This document shows, piece by piece, positions 54,822 through 64,000 of a stretch of DNA of 64,000 nt. Both the position numbers and the translations under genes were made by a program. The stretch comes from Dehalococcoidia bacterium. Lineage in GTDB: Bacteria > Chloroflexota > Dehalococcoidia > Lucifugimonadales > UBA3495. Under the pieces are notes generated by a model that saw only the letters and a list, made by a program, of their open reading frames with translations, had not been told where the DNA came from and made no database searches. Each line of letters opens with the position of its first letter. Position 1 is the first letter of the stretch. The DNA is taken from the NCBI GenBank assembly GCA_965222025.1, contig CBDCTI010000007.1, positions 409,882 through 473,881 of the forward strand, given 5' to 3'.

Positions 54822-57047
54822 CTAGTTCGACTTAGCCTCGGCAGCCGCCTGCACCACTTCCTGCGGGGGCGTCTTGGGGATGACGAGGACCATCTCAGTG
54901 TACTCGCCGGGCTGGGACGAGACCTCGATGGTGCCGCCGTGTTCGCGGATGATGTCGCTGGTGATTGCGAGGCCGAGGCCCGTGCCCTGGTTGGTGGGCT
55001 TGGTGGTGAAGAAGGGGTTAAAGATCTTTTCGACAATGTCGTCGGGAATGCCAGGGCCATTGTCCCGGATCCTTATCTGCACCTCCTCGCCCTGGTTGCG
55101 GGTGGTGAGCCAGACGGTGGGGGCGTAGCCTTCGAAGCTGACACCCTGGGCGGTCAGCTCGCGGCGCTTCTCGTCGGTGGCCTGGCAGGCGTTGCCGACG
55201 ATGTTCAGGAAGGTGCGACCCAGGTCCTGAGGGATGGCCTCGACCTGGCCGATGCTATCGTCCAGGTCCTGCTCCACGGTGAGCTGGAACTCGGTGTCGG
55301 TGGCGCGGGCACTGTGGTAGGCCAGCATGGCGTGCTCGACCAGCAGGGTGTTGAGTTCGACGGGCTGCCAGTTGTGGGAACCGCGGCCCATGAGCAGCAT
55401 ATCGTTGACGATGCGGTTGGCGCGTTCGCCGTGATGGCGAATGCGCACGAGGTTCTCGGTGAGGTCGCTGGAGATGTCATTTATCAGCGAGGTGTCCAGC
55501 TTGTCGCCGCCCTCTTCGATGGCCTCACGCATCTCCGCGAGGAGTTCCTCGGACAGCTCGGAGAAGTTCTTGACGAAGTTGAGGGGGTTTCGAATTTCGT
55601 GAGCCACGCCGGCGGTCACCTCACCTAGGGCAGCCAGCTTCTCCCGCATCACTATCTGGTCCTGAGCAGTCTGGAGATCAGTCAACACCACCTCCAGCTG
55701 GGAGTTCTTGCCTTCGAGCTCGGAGTTCTTGCCGTCCAACTCGCTCAGCACGGTCTCGAGCTCGGTGTTTTTGCCTTCGAGCTCCATGTTGAGTTCCTCG
55801 ACCAGATTGAGGCGCAGGGCCTCCAGGGAGTTGTGGCGGAAGACTTCTAGGGCGCCCGCCATTTCGGCCAGTTCGTCGTGGCCGCTGACTTCTACCTCCT
55901 CTTCCAACTGGCCCGCCGCCATTCGACGCATTCGCGCGGAGAGTGTGTTTATGCGCCTGAGGAGGACGCGTCCAACGAAGAGCCAGCTGATCAGGAGAGC
56001 GCTGCCGACGCTGATGACGCTGATGGCGATGAGCAGGCTGCTGCCGGTGGAGATGGCCTGTTCGGAAGCGAGAGTGGCTTCCTCGGCGGACTGGACCGAG
56101 GAGGTCACGAGGTTGTCGACCTCGGCCACCAGGCTGGCAGACTGGCCGCGGCTGAGGCCGAGAAGGACGCTCTGTTCCCCGTTGAGTTGAAGCCTGGACC
56201 GGCGCACGACGAACACGCCGTCGAGACCCAGGCCGAGTTGTTCAAGTCGTGCATACAGCGGGGTCAGTTCTGCCTCCAGTTCAGGGTCGTCGATGAAGGC
56301 CAGGCTGCGCTTGATGCTGGCCACGCTGGACTCGAAGCGTTCCTCCTGGGCCTCCACCAGGTCCTGGTCGAAGATGCTGAAGACGGAGGATAGCTGCTGC
56401 AGGGCAATGTTGGTGTCGGCCTGGAGGGCCGAGAGGTAGCGGTAGGTGCCGAACTGCTCCTCGGAGAAGTGAATCGGGTATGGCGCTATGAAATCATCCG
56501 GCTCGCTTCTGCCGGTGAAAATGTAGAAGAGCTGGTCGTCGACGGAAGGGACCAGTGTCTGCTCAAGTTCGGAGCGCAGCCCGGTCATTTCTTCCAGCAG
56601 GGCATCGGACTGGGCGTTGAGTTCGAAGGCCCTTCGCATATTGTCCCGGATGGTCTCGATGTAATTTTGCAGGCCGTCGGAGTAACCTCGAATACGCCCC
56701 GCATGTACCGGGTCGGCTGCTGCGAGGGCGTTCAGGTGGCCTTCGATGATTGTGTTTGCGGCTTCGATTTCCGTCCAAACGGCCTCGACTTCCTCGTCGT
56801 CGCTGGCGGTTGTCAGGCGGGGGGCCGCGCCAGTCAAGGCACCGCTGAATTCGGCCACGCCAAAGGCGGCTTCCAGCTCTGGAACGCTGCCCTCGTTGAC
56901 CTTGGCCTGGGCGGTGTCGACCCTTTGAAAGCTGAACCAGCCGATGAGACTGGCTGCCACGGTCAGGGCCACAGCCACTCCGAAGGCCGCGAAGAGCTGG
57001 GTGGAGATGCGGAAACGGAGCGCGAGCAAGCGTTTTAAAAAGTCCAT
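54822..57047 (-). CDS. membrane sensor histidine kinase (extracytoplasmic domain, HAMP, coiled coil, HisKA, HATPase)
   Basis: ORF track. H-box HEIRNPLNFVKNF. The C-terminal DNGPGIP...GTGLGLAI are the G1/G2 boxes. Two TM segments flank a domain of about 300 aa. Confidence 0.85.
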   Translation of the reverse strand: MDFLKRLLALRFRISTQLFAAFGVAVALTVAASLIGWFSFQRVDTAQAKVNEGSVPELEAAFGVAEFSGALTGAAPRLTTASDDEEVEAVWTEIEAANTIIEGHLNALAAADPVHAGRIRGYSDGLQNYIETIRDNMRRAFELNAQSDALLEEMTGLRSELEQTLVPSVDDQLFYIFTGRSEPDDFIAPYPIHFSEEQFGTYRYLSALQADTNIALQQLSSVFSIFDQDLVEAQEERFESSVASIKRSLAFIDDPELEAELTPLYARLEQLGLGLDGVFVVRRSRLQLNGEQSVLLGLSRGQSASLVAEVDNLVTSSVQSAEEATLASEQAISTGSSLLIAISVISVGSALLISWLFVGRVLLRRINTLSARMRRMAAGQLEEEVEVSGHDELAEMAGALEVFRHNSLEALRLNLVEELNMELEGKNTELETVLSELDGKNSELEGKNSQLEVVLTDLQTAQDQIVMREKLAALGEVTAGVAHEIRNPLNFVKNFSELSEELLAEMREAIEEGGDKLDTSLINDISSDLTENLVRIRHHGERANRIVNDMLLMGRGSHNWQPVELNTLLVEHAMLAYHSARATDTEFQLTVEQDLDDSIGQVEAIPQDLGRTFLNIVGNACQATDEKRRELTAQGVSFEGYAPTVWLTTRNQGEEVQIRIRDNGPGIPDDIVEKIFNPFFTTKPTNQGTGLGLAITSDIIREHGGTIEVSSQPGEYTEMVLVIPKTPPQEVVQAAAEAKSN

Positions 57048-57094
57048 TTGTCGTCAGCGTCCCGCGGGTTGGATGATTTGACGGGGCATATGCC

Positions 57095-58393
57095 TCAGTT
57101 GGCGGCGTCCCTGAGAGTCTGTATCGGGTGATACTGGCCGTCGGCTCCGATCACGGTCAGGAACACGGTATCGGACCCCTGATTGTCGCCGCTGCCGGTG
57201 TAGTTCAGGCGGAAGCCGTCCAAGTCTATTTCACCGGCATTCAACAAGTTGTCGACGAAGCAGTCGCGGTCGACATCCCGGCCACAACGTTCCAGGCCGA
57301 GGATGGCCAGCCTCCCGGCGAGGTAGCCTTCGAAGGACACGAAGCCGGGCTCCGCTCCTGGGTCGAAGGCCTCCAGAGCCTGGAGATAGGAGGCGGCGAT
57401 GGGCAGCGATTCGTCTCTGGGGAAGGGGACCACCTGGGTCACGAAAACCCCCTCGCCCTCGGGTCCCAACATTTGCGCCAGAGCGTTGGAGCCGACGAAG
57501 GAGATAACGATGAACTCGGCGTCCACCAGCTTGGTCAGCCGGGCCCACTGAATGAAGGTCCCGATGGGTTCGTAAGCACCAACCATGATGATGCCGTCGG
57601 GGCGCGCCCTGCCCACGTCAAGGAGGGCGGTCTTCACCGCGGTGGTGTTGCGGGGGTACAGGCCTTCTGCGACCAACTCCATGCCCCGTTTGCGAAGGGC
57701 GGCGAGGGTGCCGTTGTAGCCGGCGCGTCCGAAGGAGTCGTCCTGGTAAAGCACTGCGATACGACTTATCCCCAAGTCAGTGGTGAAGCGTTCCACCATT
57801 GCCTCGGTCTCGTCGTTGTAGGAGGCCCTGAGGTTGATAATGTTGTCGAACTGCACCGTATTGCGCAGGAAGGCGGCGCCGGTAAAGGGAGCGATAAAAG
57901 GAGCGCCTTCGGCGGCGGCGACAGGCGTGGCGGAGCGGGACGTGGGAGTACCGACCTCTCCGATCAGGGCGAAGACACCCGAGTCCCTGATAAGGCTGCG
58001 GGTGTTGGTGGCGGCGGCCTCCGGCTCGTATGTGTCGTCCAGAGAGGTCAGCCTCAATTGCCGTCCATGGACACCGCCGTTGAGATTGACTTCGGCGAAG
58101 GCGGCTTCGATACCGAGACGCATGTTGATTCCAAGGGCCTGGGCGGGGCCGCTGAAGGCCGCCGACTGGCCGAAAAGGACGGCGTCGTCGGTGATTCCCG
58201 AGATTCCCGAAACCGGCGCGGGAGCCGGGGTAGGTTGTATTATGTCAGGTGGATTCGTGGGAGCAGAAGACGGTTCCTGAGTCCCGGTGCAGGCCAGCAC
58301 GGCCGCCACCAGTGTAAGGATGGCGAGGCAGCAGGCAAATCGCCGCGTGCGAAGCCCTGCTAAAGCGCGGTCCAAGCCACTCATCAGCTCCAT
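57095..58393 (-). CDS. periplasmic binding protein (Leu/Ile/Val-binding, type 1 fold), probable lipoprotein
   Basis: ORF track. The signal peptide ends in VLAC. GQSAAFSGPAQALGINMRLGIEAAFAEVN. Confidence 0.75.
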   Translation of the reverse strand: MELMSGLDRALAGLRTRRFACCLAILTLVAAVLACTGTQEPSSAPTNPPDIIQPTPAPAPVSGISGITDDAVLFGQSAAFSGPAQALGINMRLGIEAAFAEVNLNGGVHGRQLRLTSLDDTYEPEAAATNTRSLIRDSGVFALIGEVGTPTSRSATPVAAAEGAPFIAPFTGAAFLRNTVQFDNIINLRASYNDETEAMVERFTTDLGISRIAVLYQDDSFGRAGYNGTLAALRKRGMELVAEGLYPRNTTAVKTALLDVGRARPDGIIMVGAYEPIGTFIQWARLTKLVDAEFIVISFVGSNALAQMLGPEGEGVFVTQVVPFPRDESLPIAASYLQALEAFDPGAEPGFVSFEGYLAGRLAILGLERCGRDVDRDCFVDNLLNAGEIDLDGFRLNYTGSGDNQGSDTVFLTVIGADGQYHPIQTLRDAAN

Positions 58394-58525
58394 CTATGCC
58401 TGTCTCCAGGGAATACCATTCTCTCCAGTCGGTCGATTAGCCGTCACTTCAGTTCAGCGTGTGTCCCCAAAAAAGCAAGAAGCCCTGAGGGCTCCGGCCG
58501 CGAGACGGGGGCTGGAAGCTGGCTG

Positions 58526-58966
58526 CTATTCTTCGCGCCGGGCAACCATAGTAAGGCGGTTTTTTCCGGCAGTCCGCTCGTAGGTGAGGTCGTCCATCAA
58601 CGTCTTGACAAGGTGGACTCCCAAACCGCCGATGGGACGGTCTTCCAGCATGGCCTCGACATCAGGGATGGTCGAGTCCTGCAGGGGATTGAAGGGCTGT
58701 CCGTCGTCCAGTACTTCTATGGTCAGCGCATTGTCCTCAGAGGTGAGCACGATTTCGATTTCAGGGCGGCTACCAAGATCTTCCCCGCCGTACTGCAGGA
58801 TATTGAGCCCAACCTCTTCCAGGACCAGGTTCACCTTGAAAGTCAGGCTCTCGGGCCATTCTTCCCTCTGCCCCAATTCCTCCACCGACCCATGGATGTA
58901 TTGCAGGCTATCGGCGTCACTCGAATCAGAGTTGGGGCCGATTCTCAGGTGAATTTTTTCGCTCAA
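58526..58966 (-). CDS. RsbW/SpoIIAB-like anti-sigma-type serine kinase (HATPase_c_2)
   Basis: ORF track. LVLEEVGLNILQYG...DDGQPFNP...GGLGVHLVKTLMDDLTYE. Confidence 0.75.
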   Translation of the reverse strand: MSEKIHLRIGPNSDSSDADSLQYIHGSVEELGQREEWPESLTFKVNLVLEEVGLNILQYGGEDLGSRPEIEIVLTSEDNALTIEVLDDGQPFNPLQDSTIPDVEAMLEDRPIGGLGVHLVKTLMDDLTYERTAGKNRLTMVARREE

Positions 58967-58968
58967 AC

Positions 58969-60150
58969 TTACCCCCCGGCCCGGCGAAGGATCAGACAGG
59001 TGACGTCGTCAGACTGTGCAGTTTCGCCGGCGAAGTCGGCAACCGCTTGAAGGATGGCTTCGTTTGCAGTTCTTGCGGAGGTGGGAGCCTGGTCAACGAA
59101 TATCCGGCGCAAGCGCTCCACGCCGAATTCTTCCCCGTCCGAGTTCATGGCCTCGGAAACACCGTCGGTGTAGAGGACCAAGGTGTCGCCGGGGGCCAAG
59201 GAACCGCCGCTCTGCCGGTATGCAAGTCCCGGCATCACGCCGAGGGCGACGCCGCCGGTAAGGGGCAGCTCTTCGGAGGTGCCGTCGGCATGCACCAGCA
59301 GCGGGTTGGTATGCCCGCCATTGGCGTAGACGAGATCCCCTGATTCCGGGTCGTAAACGGCGTAAAGAAGGGTAACGAACATGATGGTCTCGTTGTCTTC
59401 GTTGAGCAGATTGTTCACTTCAGACAGAACATCGCCAGGGGCACCCATGCCGATGGCGGCGCCCTTGAGCAAAGTGCGGCTGGACATCATGAAGAGTGCC
59501 GCAGGCACACCCTTGTCGGAGACATCAGCCACGGCGAGGCCGAGCCGCCCATTTTCCAGGTTGATGACGTCAAAGAAGTCCCCGCCGACATTCCTGGCCG
59601 GGGCCATATTGCCGAAGACCTCAAAGGTATCGCCCGTGGGGAAGCTGGCCGGGAGAATTGCCTGCTGCATCTTGCTGGCCACGTCCAGTTCGTTCTGCAG
59701 CGCCACCAACTTGTCGCGGGAAAGGAGCGCCTCCTTCCACTCGGCCATGTGAGAGAGGGTGCGCTCGATGGTGATCTGCAAGTCTTCGAAGTCGAGGGGC
59801 TTGGTGACGAAATCGAAGGCGCCACGGTTCATTGCGGTGCGAATGTTTCGCATATCGCCATAGGCGGAGACTATGATTGAACGGATGTTGGGGTCCACCT
59901 TGGGGATCTGCTCAAGCAGGGTGAGGCCGTCCATCTGAGGCATATTGATGTCGGAGACGACCATATCTATGGAGTCGTCCCGCTTCAGCACTTCCAGCGC
60001 TTCCACCCCGTTATGGGCGAAGACGAAAGAGTAACGGCCGCTGCGGATGTTTCTCCGCATACGCTGGAGGATCAGTGGTTCGAGGTCCGGTTCGTCGTCA
60101 ACTACAAGAATCTTGTAGGATACTTCAGGCCCTTCGTGGGTCGCCGTCAT
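58969..60150 (-). CDS. response-regulator receiver fused to a PP2C/SpoIIE phosphatase (RsbU-like)
   Basis: ORF track. ILVVDDEPDL...DMVVSDINMPQMDG is the REC domain. GGDFFDV...DVSDKGVPAALFM is the SpoIIE region. Confidence 0.85.
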   Translation of the reverse strand: MTATHEGPEVSYKILVVDDEPDLEPLILQRMRRNIRSGRYSFVFAHNGVEALEVLKRDDSIDMVVSDINMPQMDGLTLLEQIPKVDPNIRSIIVSAYGDMRNIRTAMNRGAFDFVTKPLDFEDLQITIERTLSHMAEWKEALLSRDKLVALQNELDVASKMQQAILPASFPTGDTFEVFGNMAPARNVGGDFFDVINLENGRLGLAVADVSDKGVPAALFMMSSRTLLKGAAIGMGAPGDVLSEVNNLLNEDNETIMFVTLLYAVYDPESGDLVYANGGHTNPLLVHADGTSEELPLTGGVALGVMPGLAYRQSGGSLAPGDTLVLYTDGVSEAMNSDGEEFGVERLRRIFVDQAPTSARTANEAILQAVADFAGETAQSDDVTCLILRRAGG

Positions 60151-60231
60151 TTATTTCGGCTCTCTATCAATCAACAATTATGATTCGAGTCCCCATTCCG
60201 GCCCACACCTCAGGCGAGCCAACCGAAATTA

Positions 60232-60570
60232 CTAATTGTTTACCGCAGACACGGCCGCCTGCTGGCTGTCGTGGATGTCGATGATCTGGTCGAAACCGCT
60301 GATGGTGAATACGTCCCGAACCGACTGGGAGAGGGAGCAGACAGCGAACTTGACGTTGGCGGTCCGCATGTCCTTCGCGGTCAGCAGGATCACCCGAAGG
60401 CCGGCGCTGCTGATATAGGAGAGGTCCTCGAAATTGAGAATGACGGCCTTGTCGTCCGGATTGATGACGTTCTTCAGCGAGTCCTGGAATTCGGTGGCGT
60501 TGGTGCCATCCACTCGCCCGCCGGTCTTGGCAATCAGGGTCCCGCCGTCTCTCTCAGTGTTAATATCCAT
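60232..60570 (-). CDS. STAS-domain anti-sigma-factor antagonist (RsbV/SpoIIAA-like)
   Basis: ORF 60232..60672, trimmed to ATG 60570 (AAGGAAG upstream). LNFEDLSYISSAGLRVILL contains the phosphorylatable Ser context. Confidence 0.8.
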   Translation of the reverse strand: MDINTERDGGTLIAKTGGRVDGTNATEFQDSLKNVINPDDKAVILNFEDLSYISSAGLRVILLTAKDMRTANVKFAVCSLSQSVRDVFTISGFDQIIDIHDSQQAAVSAVNN

Positions 60571-61278
60571 ATTCACACTTCCTTTTCGAGAATTGCATCT
60601 CGAGTTGCTACATCCTGAGTGAGCCCGCACCTTTCCCCCGTGAAAAGGGCGCAGATATAGAGGCACCTGCATCAGTCCCGACTGAGGCGCAGGCTTTTTG
60701 GCACTTATAATACAATACCGCTACGATACTTTACAAAGAGAACGAGGCCCATGCCACCCTTCTAGTGAAGGAGTTGTGAGAATTTGTTACAATCTCTCCG
60801 AACGCAAAGGATTGCGTTAAGAAGCGGTAGAAATGCGCCCTATCAATCGGTTCTCGCATCGAGGTGGCGGTCCGATTTCGCTAGTGGAGTTTCGAGCTAT
60901 TGCAAATGCACCTTGGTTAATGTAATGTCGCGGTCAGCTTGGTCGGCTGTGCCGGATTAAGAGGTGGTCAGGGGTTCAGGCGACCTGATTTCGGAGTACC
61001 GATCGAATCCCTGAACAGAGAAGCCATTCAGCGTTATACCACTCTGCGGTCAGGCGAAGCGGTGTGCGCAATGTGATTGCGTCGAAGGACTGCTAGGTGG
61101 AGGAAATAGCCTCCGCCATATGGTTCGTGCCAATCATACGGCCGGGGCTTACGACGCCGCTTACCGGATTCGTGGTCGTTATCTAGTCGAAACTGAGGTT
61201 CCTGGCAGACTGCATCCCGCGCCCCGCACGAGCCTGGGTTATGATGGTGGCAGACCGAAGGGTGTTGATCATATCTAA

Positions 61279-61389
61279 ACGGTGGGCGGCCTTCTCCCCG
61301 GGCTGGCCAACCTGCTGTCGGCGCCATTGATGAACCCGATGGGGGACTGGCTGCGCGGCAAGCTGGACACAAAGCAACAGCAAGCGTAG
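61279..61389 (+). pseudogene. 36-codon C-terminal remnant of an Opp/Dpp-type ABC permease
   Basis: I translated TVGGLLPGLANLLSAPLMNPMGDWLRGKLDTKQQQA*, which resembles the NLLGD.LRD.LDP permease C-terminus. An in-frame TAA lies immediately upstream and nothing upstream encodes the rest of the permease. Confidence 0.5.
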
Positions 61390-61402
61390 GAGAGCAAAGA
61401 TC

Positions 61403-62419
61403 ATGGCCAGCGATGTAGTTCTGGAAGTTCGAGATCTTCACACCTACTTCTTCAACCGGCGCGGTATCACCAAGGCAGTTGACGGTGTGAGCTTCACGCT
61501 GCACGAGGGAGAGACCCTGGGCATCGTGGGGGAGTCGGGCTGCGGGAAGACCATGACCGCCCGATCGCTGCTGCGCATCATACCGAAGCCGGCGGCGCGA
61601 ATCGTATCCGGCGAAGTGCTGCTGGACGGTGAAGACCTGGTCTCCCTGTCTGACGAGGAAATGAGGCACGTCAGGGGAAGCAAGATCTCCATGATCTTCC
61701 AGGACCCGCAGACGTCGCTGAACCCGGTGTTCACCGTCGGCAACCAGGTCATTGAGGCGCTGGGCACCCACGAATCCGGCCGCAACCGGAACTTGGCAGA
61801 CAGGGCAATTGATGCCCTGCGGAGCGTGCGGGTAGCGGCGCCCGAGCGGCGGATGCACGACTTCCCGCACCAGATGAGCGGGGGCATGAAGCAGCGGGTG
61901 CTTGGGGCGATCGCCATCGCCAGCGCGCCGAGGGTGATCATAGCCGACGAGCCGACGACGGCGCTGGACGCCACCATTCAGCTTCAGTACCTGCGGCTGC
62001 TTAAGGAAATCCAGGCCGCGACGGGTATGGCCATCATCTTCATCACCCACGACTTCGGTATCGTTGCGCGGATGTGCGACAGCGTCGCCGTGATGTACGC
62101 AGGTCGAGTGGTGGAGCGGGGTGCAGTCCGTCCGATCTTCAACAACCCCAGCCACCCGTACACGCAGGCGCTTATGGCTTCGGTGCCGCAGATGGAGCGC
62201 ACCGACCGGCTCTTCGCCATCGACGGGCAGCCTCCCGCTCTATACGCCCTACCCGACGGCTGCCGGTTCGCTGACCGCTGCGGATTTGCGCGCGACATAT
62301 GCCAGCGGGAGTATCCGCCACTGGGCACGGCGGACGAAGGACACACGGCCAACTGCTGGATGCATCACCCCGAATGGAACGACGCGCAGCCCGTGGCCTT
62401 GGGCGTTGCCGCCGGTTAG
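61403..62419 (+). CDS. oligopeptide/dipeptide ABC transporter ATP-binding protein (OppD/DppD-like)
   Basis: ORF track. GESGCGKT (Walker A), MSGGMKQRV (signature), [11 protein letters not shown] (Walker B), and a C-terminal oligopeptide-type extension. Confidence 0.85.
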   Translation: MASDVVLEVRDLHTYFFNRRGITKAVDGVSFTLHEGETLGIVGESGCGKTMTARSLLRIIPKPAARIVSGEVLLDGEDLVSLSDEEMRHVRGSKISMIFQDPQTSLNPVFTVGNQVIEALGTHESGRNRNLADRAIDALRSVRVAAPERRMHDFPHQMSGGMKQRVLGAIAIASAPRVIIADEPTTALDATIQLQYLRLLKEIQAATGMAIIFITHDFGIVARMCDSVAVMYAGRVVERGAVRPIFNNPSHPYTQALMASVPQMERTDRLFAIDGQPPALYALPDGCRFADRCGFARDICQREYPPLGTADEGHTANCWMHHPEWNDAQPVALGVAAG

Positions 62420-62446
62420 CCTTGCGGGTTCCAGGAAGGGGCTACA

Positions 62447-62674
62447 TCAAGAACGCTGCAGCCACATGCGCAGGTTGCCTGCGATAATAGTGCAGGCCCC
62501 GCCGAAGGCCGCACCGAGCAAGGTGCGCTTGCGACCACGCTCATCATGATGGAGCTCACCGGGCCGGCCGATGTGGTGTCCGCTGCCGGTCAACACCGGT
62601 ATCATCAAGGTTCCTGAGGCCAGTCCTACCACGCCTCCGGTTACCGCTCCGGGGAATATTCGCCGGCGGAACAT
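62447..62674 (-). CDS. hypothetical small glycine-zipper membrane protein
   Basis: ORF track. GAVTGGVVGLASG and LLGAAFGGACTIIAG are Gly-zipper-like segments. Weak call. Confidence 0.3.
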   Translation of the reverse strand: MFRRRIFPGAVTGGVVGLASGTLMIPVLTGSGHHIGRPGELHHDERGRKRTLLGAAFGGACTIIAGNLRMWLQRS

Positions 62675-62986
62675 CGCGCCTCAAGCGCGGAGGAAATCCC
62701 GGTAGCTCAGGGTCGCCATCGCTTTTCTTCCGGTCTCGCGCCACCACTGGTCGCCGTTCATCCGGCGTAGCTCCGAGGCCGTTGTTGTGCGTCGGGGAGG
62801 ACGGTCGTTCTCCGGGTTCTGCTGCGTGTCTAAAAGTCGGCATCATCTCGATACGTGAACCGGAGACGAGGGGTGCTGGGCCGACTTTCTGCCCCACAGG
62901 GCAGGTGGGTCAGGGCAGGTGGGGGACGACCTTGTCCATCAGCAGCTTGAGTGACTTCATCTGCAGCTCGTATGGGATGCGACGGC

Positions 62987-63139
62987 CTAGTATTACAACG
63001 ACAGTTCGCAGGAAAGGGACCTCGAGCACCTCTTCATGGCGACCCGACCACGCGCTCGACAGCTTTGTGGCCTTGCATTCCGTGAAGCGATTTCCGACCA
63101 AAAACTGACTAGATTATGGAAGCGTCGTTGTAATACTAG
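62987..63139. mobile_element. MITE-like palindromic element, copy 2
   Basis: Same 145-bp body between CTAGs as copy 1. The last 45 bp are identical to copy 1, while the first ~100 bp carry about 18 substitutions. Confidence 0.65.
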
Positions 63140-64000
63140 CAGCCCGTCCGAGAAACGGGGTTGGTGAGCCGTTGGGGGTATGATGGTACGGAGCATCAGA
63201 CGATCGGAGCGGTCAATGAGCAAGACCTACCTTCCCTACGACCCGGACCAGCAGTTGCTGCTGCCGGTGGCCCTCCAGGAATGGCTGCCGCCGGAGCACT
63301 TGGCCTACTTCATCTCCGACGTTGCGGACCAGTTGGACCTCTCGGACATCACCGCCCGCTACGAGCAGGAGAGGCGGGGCGGCCCGCCCTACCATCCCAG
63401 GATGATGGTGAAGGTGCTGCTCTACGGCTACTGCACCGGCGTGGCCTCCTCACGTCGCATCGCCCAGAGGCTGCACGAGGACATCGCCTACCGGGTGCTG
63501 GCGGCGAACAACACGCCGGACTTCCGCACCGTCTCCGACTTCCGAAAGGACCATCTGGAGGCGTTGGGGGAATTGTTCCTGCAGGTGCTGGAGTTGTGCC
63601 AGCAGGCAGGACTGGTAAAGCTGGGGCACGTGGCGCTGGACGGGACCAAGGTGAGGGCCAATGCCTCAAAGCACAAGGCGATGAGCTACGGGCGGATGAA
63701 GGAGAAGGAAGCGCGGTTGCAGGCCGAGGTGGACGAGTTGCTCCGCAAGGCGCAGGAGGTGGACGAGGAGGAGGACCGCCGGTACGGGAAGGACAGGCGT
63801 GGGGATGAGTTGCCGGAGGAACTGGCCTTCCGGGAGGGACGGTTGCGGAAGATAAGGGAGGCCAAGGCGGCGCTGGAGGCCGAGGCCCTGGCGGATGCGG
63901 AGCAGGCTGAGTCCGAGGGACGCAATCATCTCGGGGTGCCTGATGACAAGGCGCAGCGGAACTTCACCGACCCGGACTCCCGGATCATGCCCGGCCCGGG
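63140..64000 (+). mobile_element. IS1182/IS5-superfamily insertion sequence, copy 2 (truncated by the window end)
   Basis: Collinear with 49381 onward, with only about 5 substitutions over 860 bp, mostly synonymous in the transposase frame. Confidence 0.85.
63216..64000 (+). CDS. IS1182-family DDE transposase, copy 2, partial
   Basis: ATG 63216 corresponds to ATG 49457. Not listed in the track because no stop lies before the window end. Confidence 0.8.
   Translation, partial: MSKTYLPYDPDQQLLLPVALQEWLPPEHLAYFISDVADQLDLSDITARYEQERRGGPPYHPRMMVKVLLYGYCTGVASSRRIAQRLHEDIAYRVLAANNTPDFRTVSDFRKDHLEALGELFLQVLELCQQAGLVKLGHVALDGTKVRANASKHKAMSYGRMKEKEARLQAEVDELLRKAQEVDEEEDRRYGKDRRGDELPEELAFREGRLRKIREAKAALEAEALADAEQAESEGRNHLGVPDDKAQRNFTDPDSRIMPGP

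Noticed and set aside
60971-61017. T-loop-like GATCGAATCC within a GGGTTCAGG/CCTGAAC stem. Possible tRNA or tRNA fragment.
   Set aside because: No acceptor, D or anticodon arms can be drawn around it. It is at most a degenerate fragment.

Overview
64 kb of high-GC bacterial chromosome. The gene content (many SDR, crotonase and MaoC enzymes, F420-type LLM and PPOX enzymes, DUF1501) suggests a Chloroflexota-like heterotroph, but that is inference only. All family assignments come from motifs I recognise by eye; no searches were run.

The backbone is housekeeping and metabolism: class V aminotransferase, recF, purL, GT4, a GH63-like hydrolase, quinone oxidoreductase, a PuuE-like deacetylase, a DASS transporter, leuB, a CaCA antiporter, metF, acpS, nnr, a TPP enzyme, radC, and tRNA-Trp.

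Between these genes sit small, visibly AT-richer islets carrying toxin-antitoxin, HEPN, PIN or nuclease-like genes, and one nest of insertion sequences.

The most notable observations are:
1. A SelW/Rdx-type selenoprotein gene (3917-4201, minus strand) that the ORF track misses. It has an in-frame TGA in a CxxU motif and a SECIS-like hairpin.
2. Two paralogous, translationally coupled modules, each a small acidic protein plus a HEPN-like helical protein. One sits in a 3-gene islet (16973-18258). The other carries an in-frame TAA (23864-24693). Two orphan PaREP1/HEPN paralogues with an intact Rx4H motif are also present.
3. A DUF433/DUF5615 toxin gene split at a CTAG by a 145-bp palindromic MITE-like element, an IS630-family element and an IS1182-family element. 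The same MITE-IS1182 junction recurs at 62987-64000.
4. A partner-switching cassette (STAS, RR-PP2C, RsbW-like kinase) fused to a binding-protein/histidine-kinase pair, with no sigma factor nearby.
5. Several repeat families: a GGGGCGCAC...GTGCGCCCC hairpin in 3 copies, a 26-bp x3 tandem array, a 126-bp tandem pair and a 15-bp-phased GGCCGGAA triplet.

Many long ORFs in the track are antisense shadows of real genes and were rejected.
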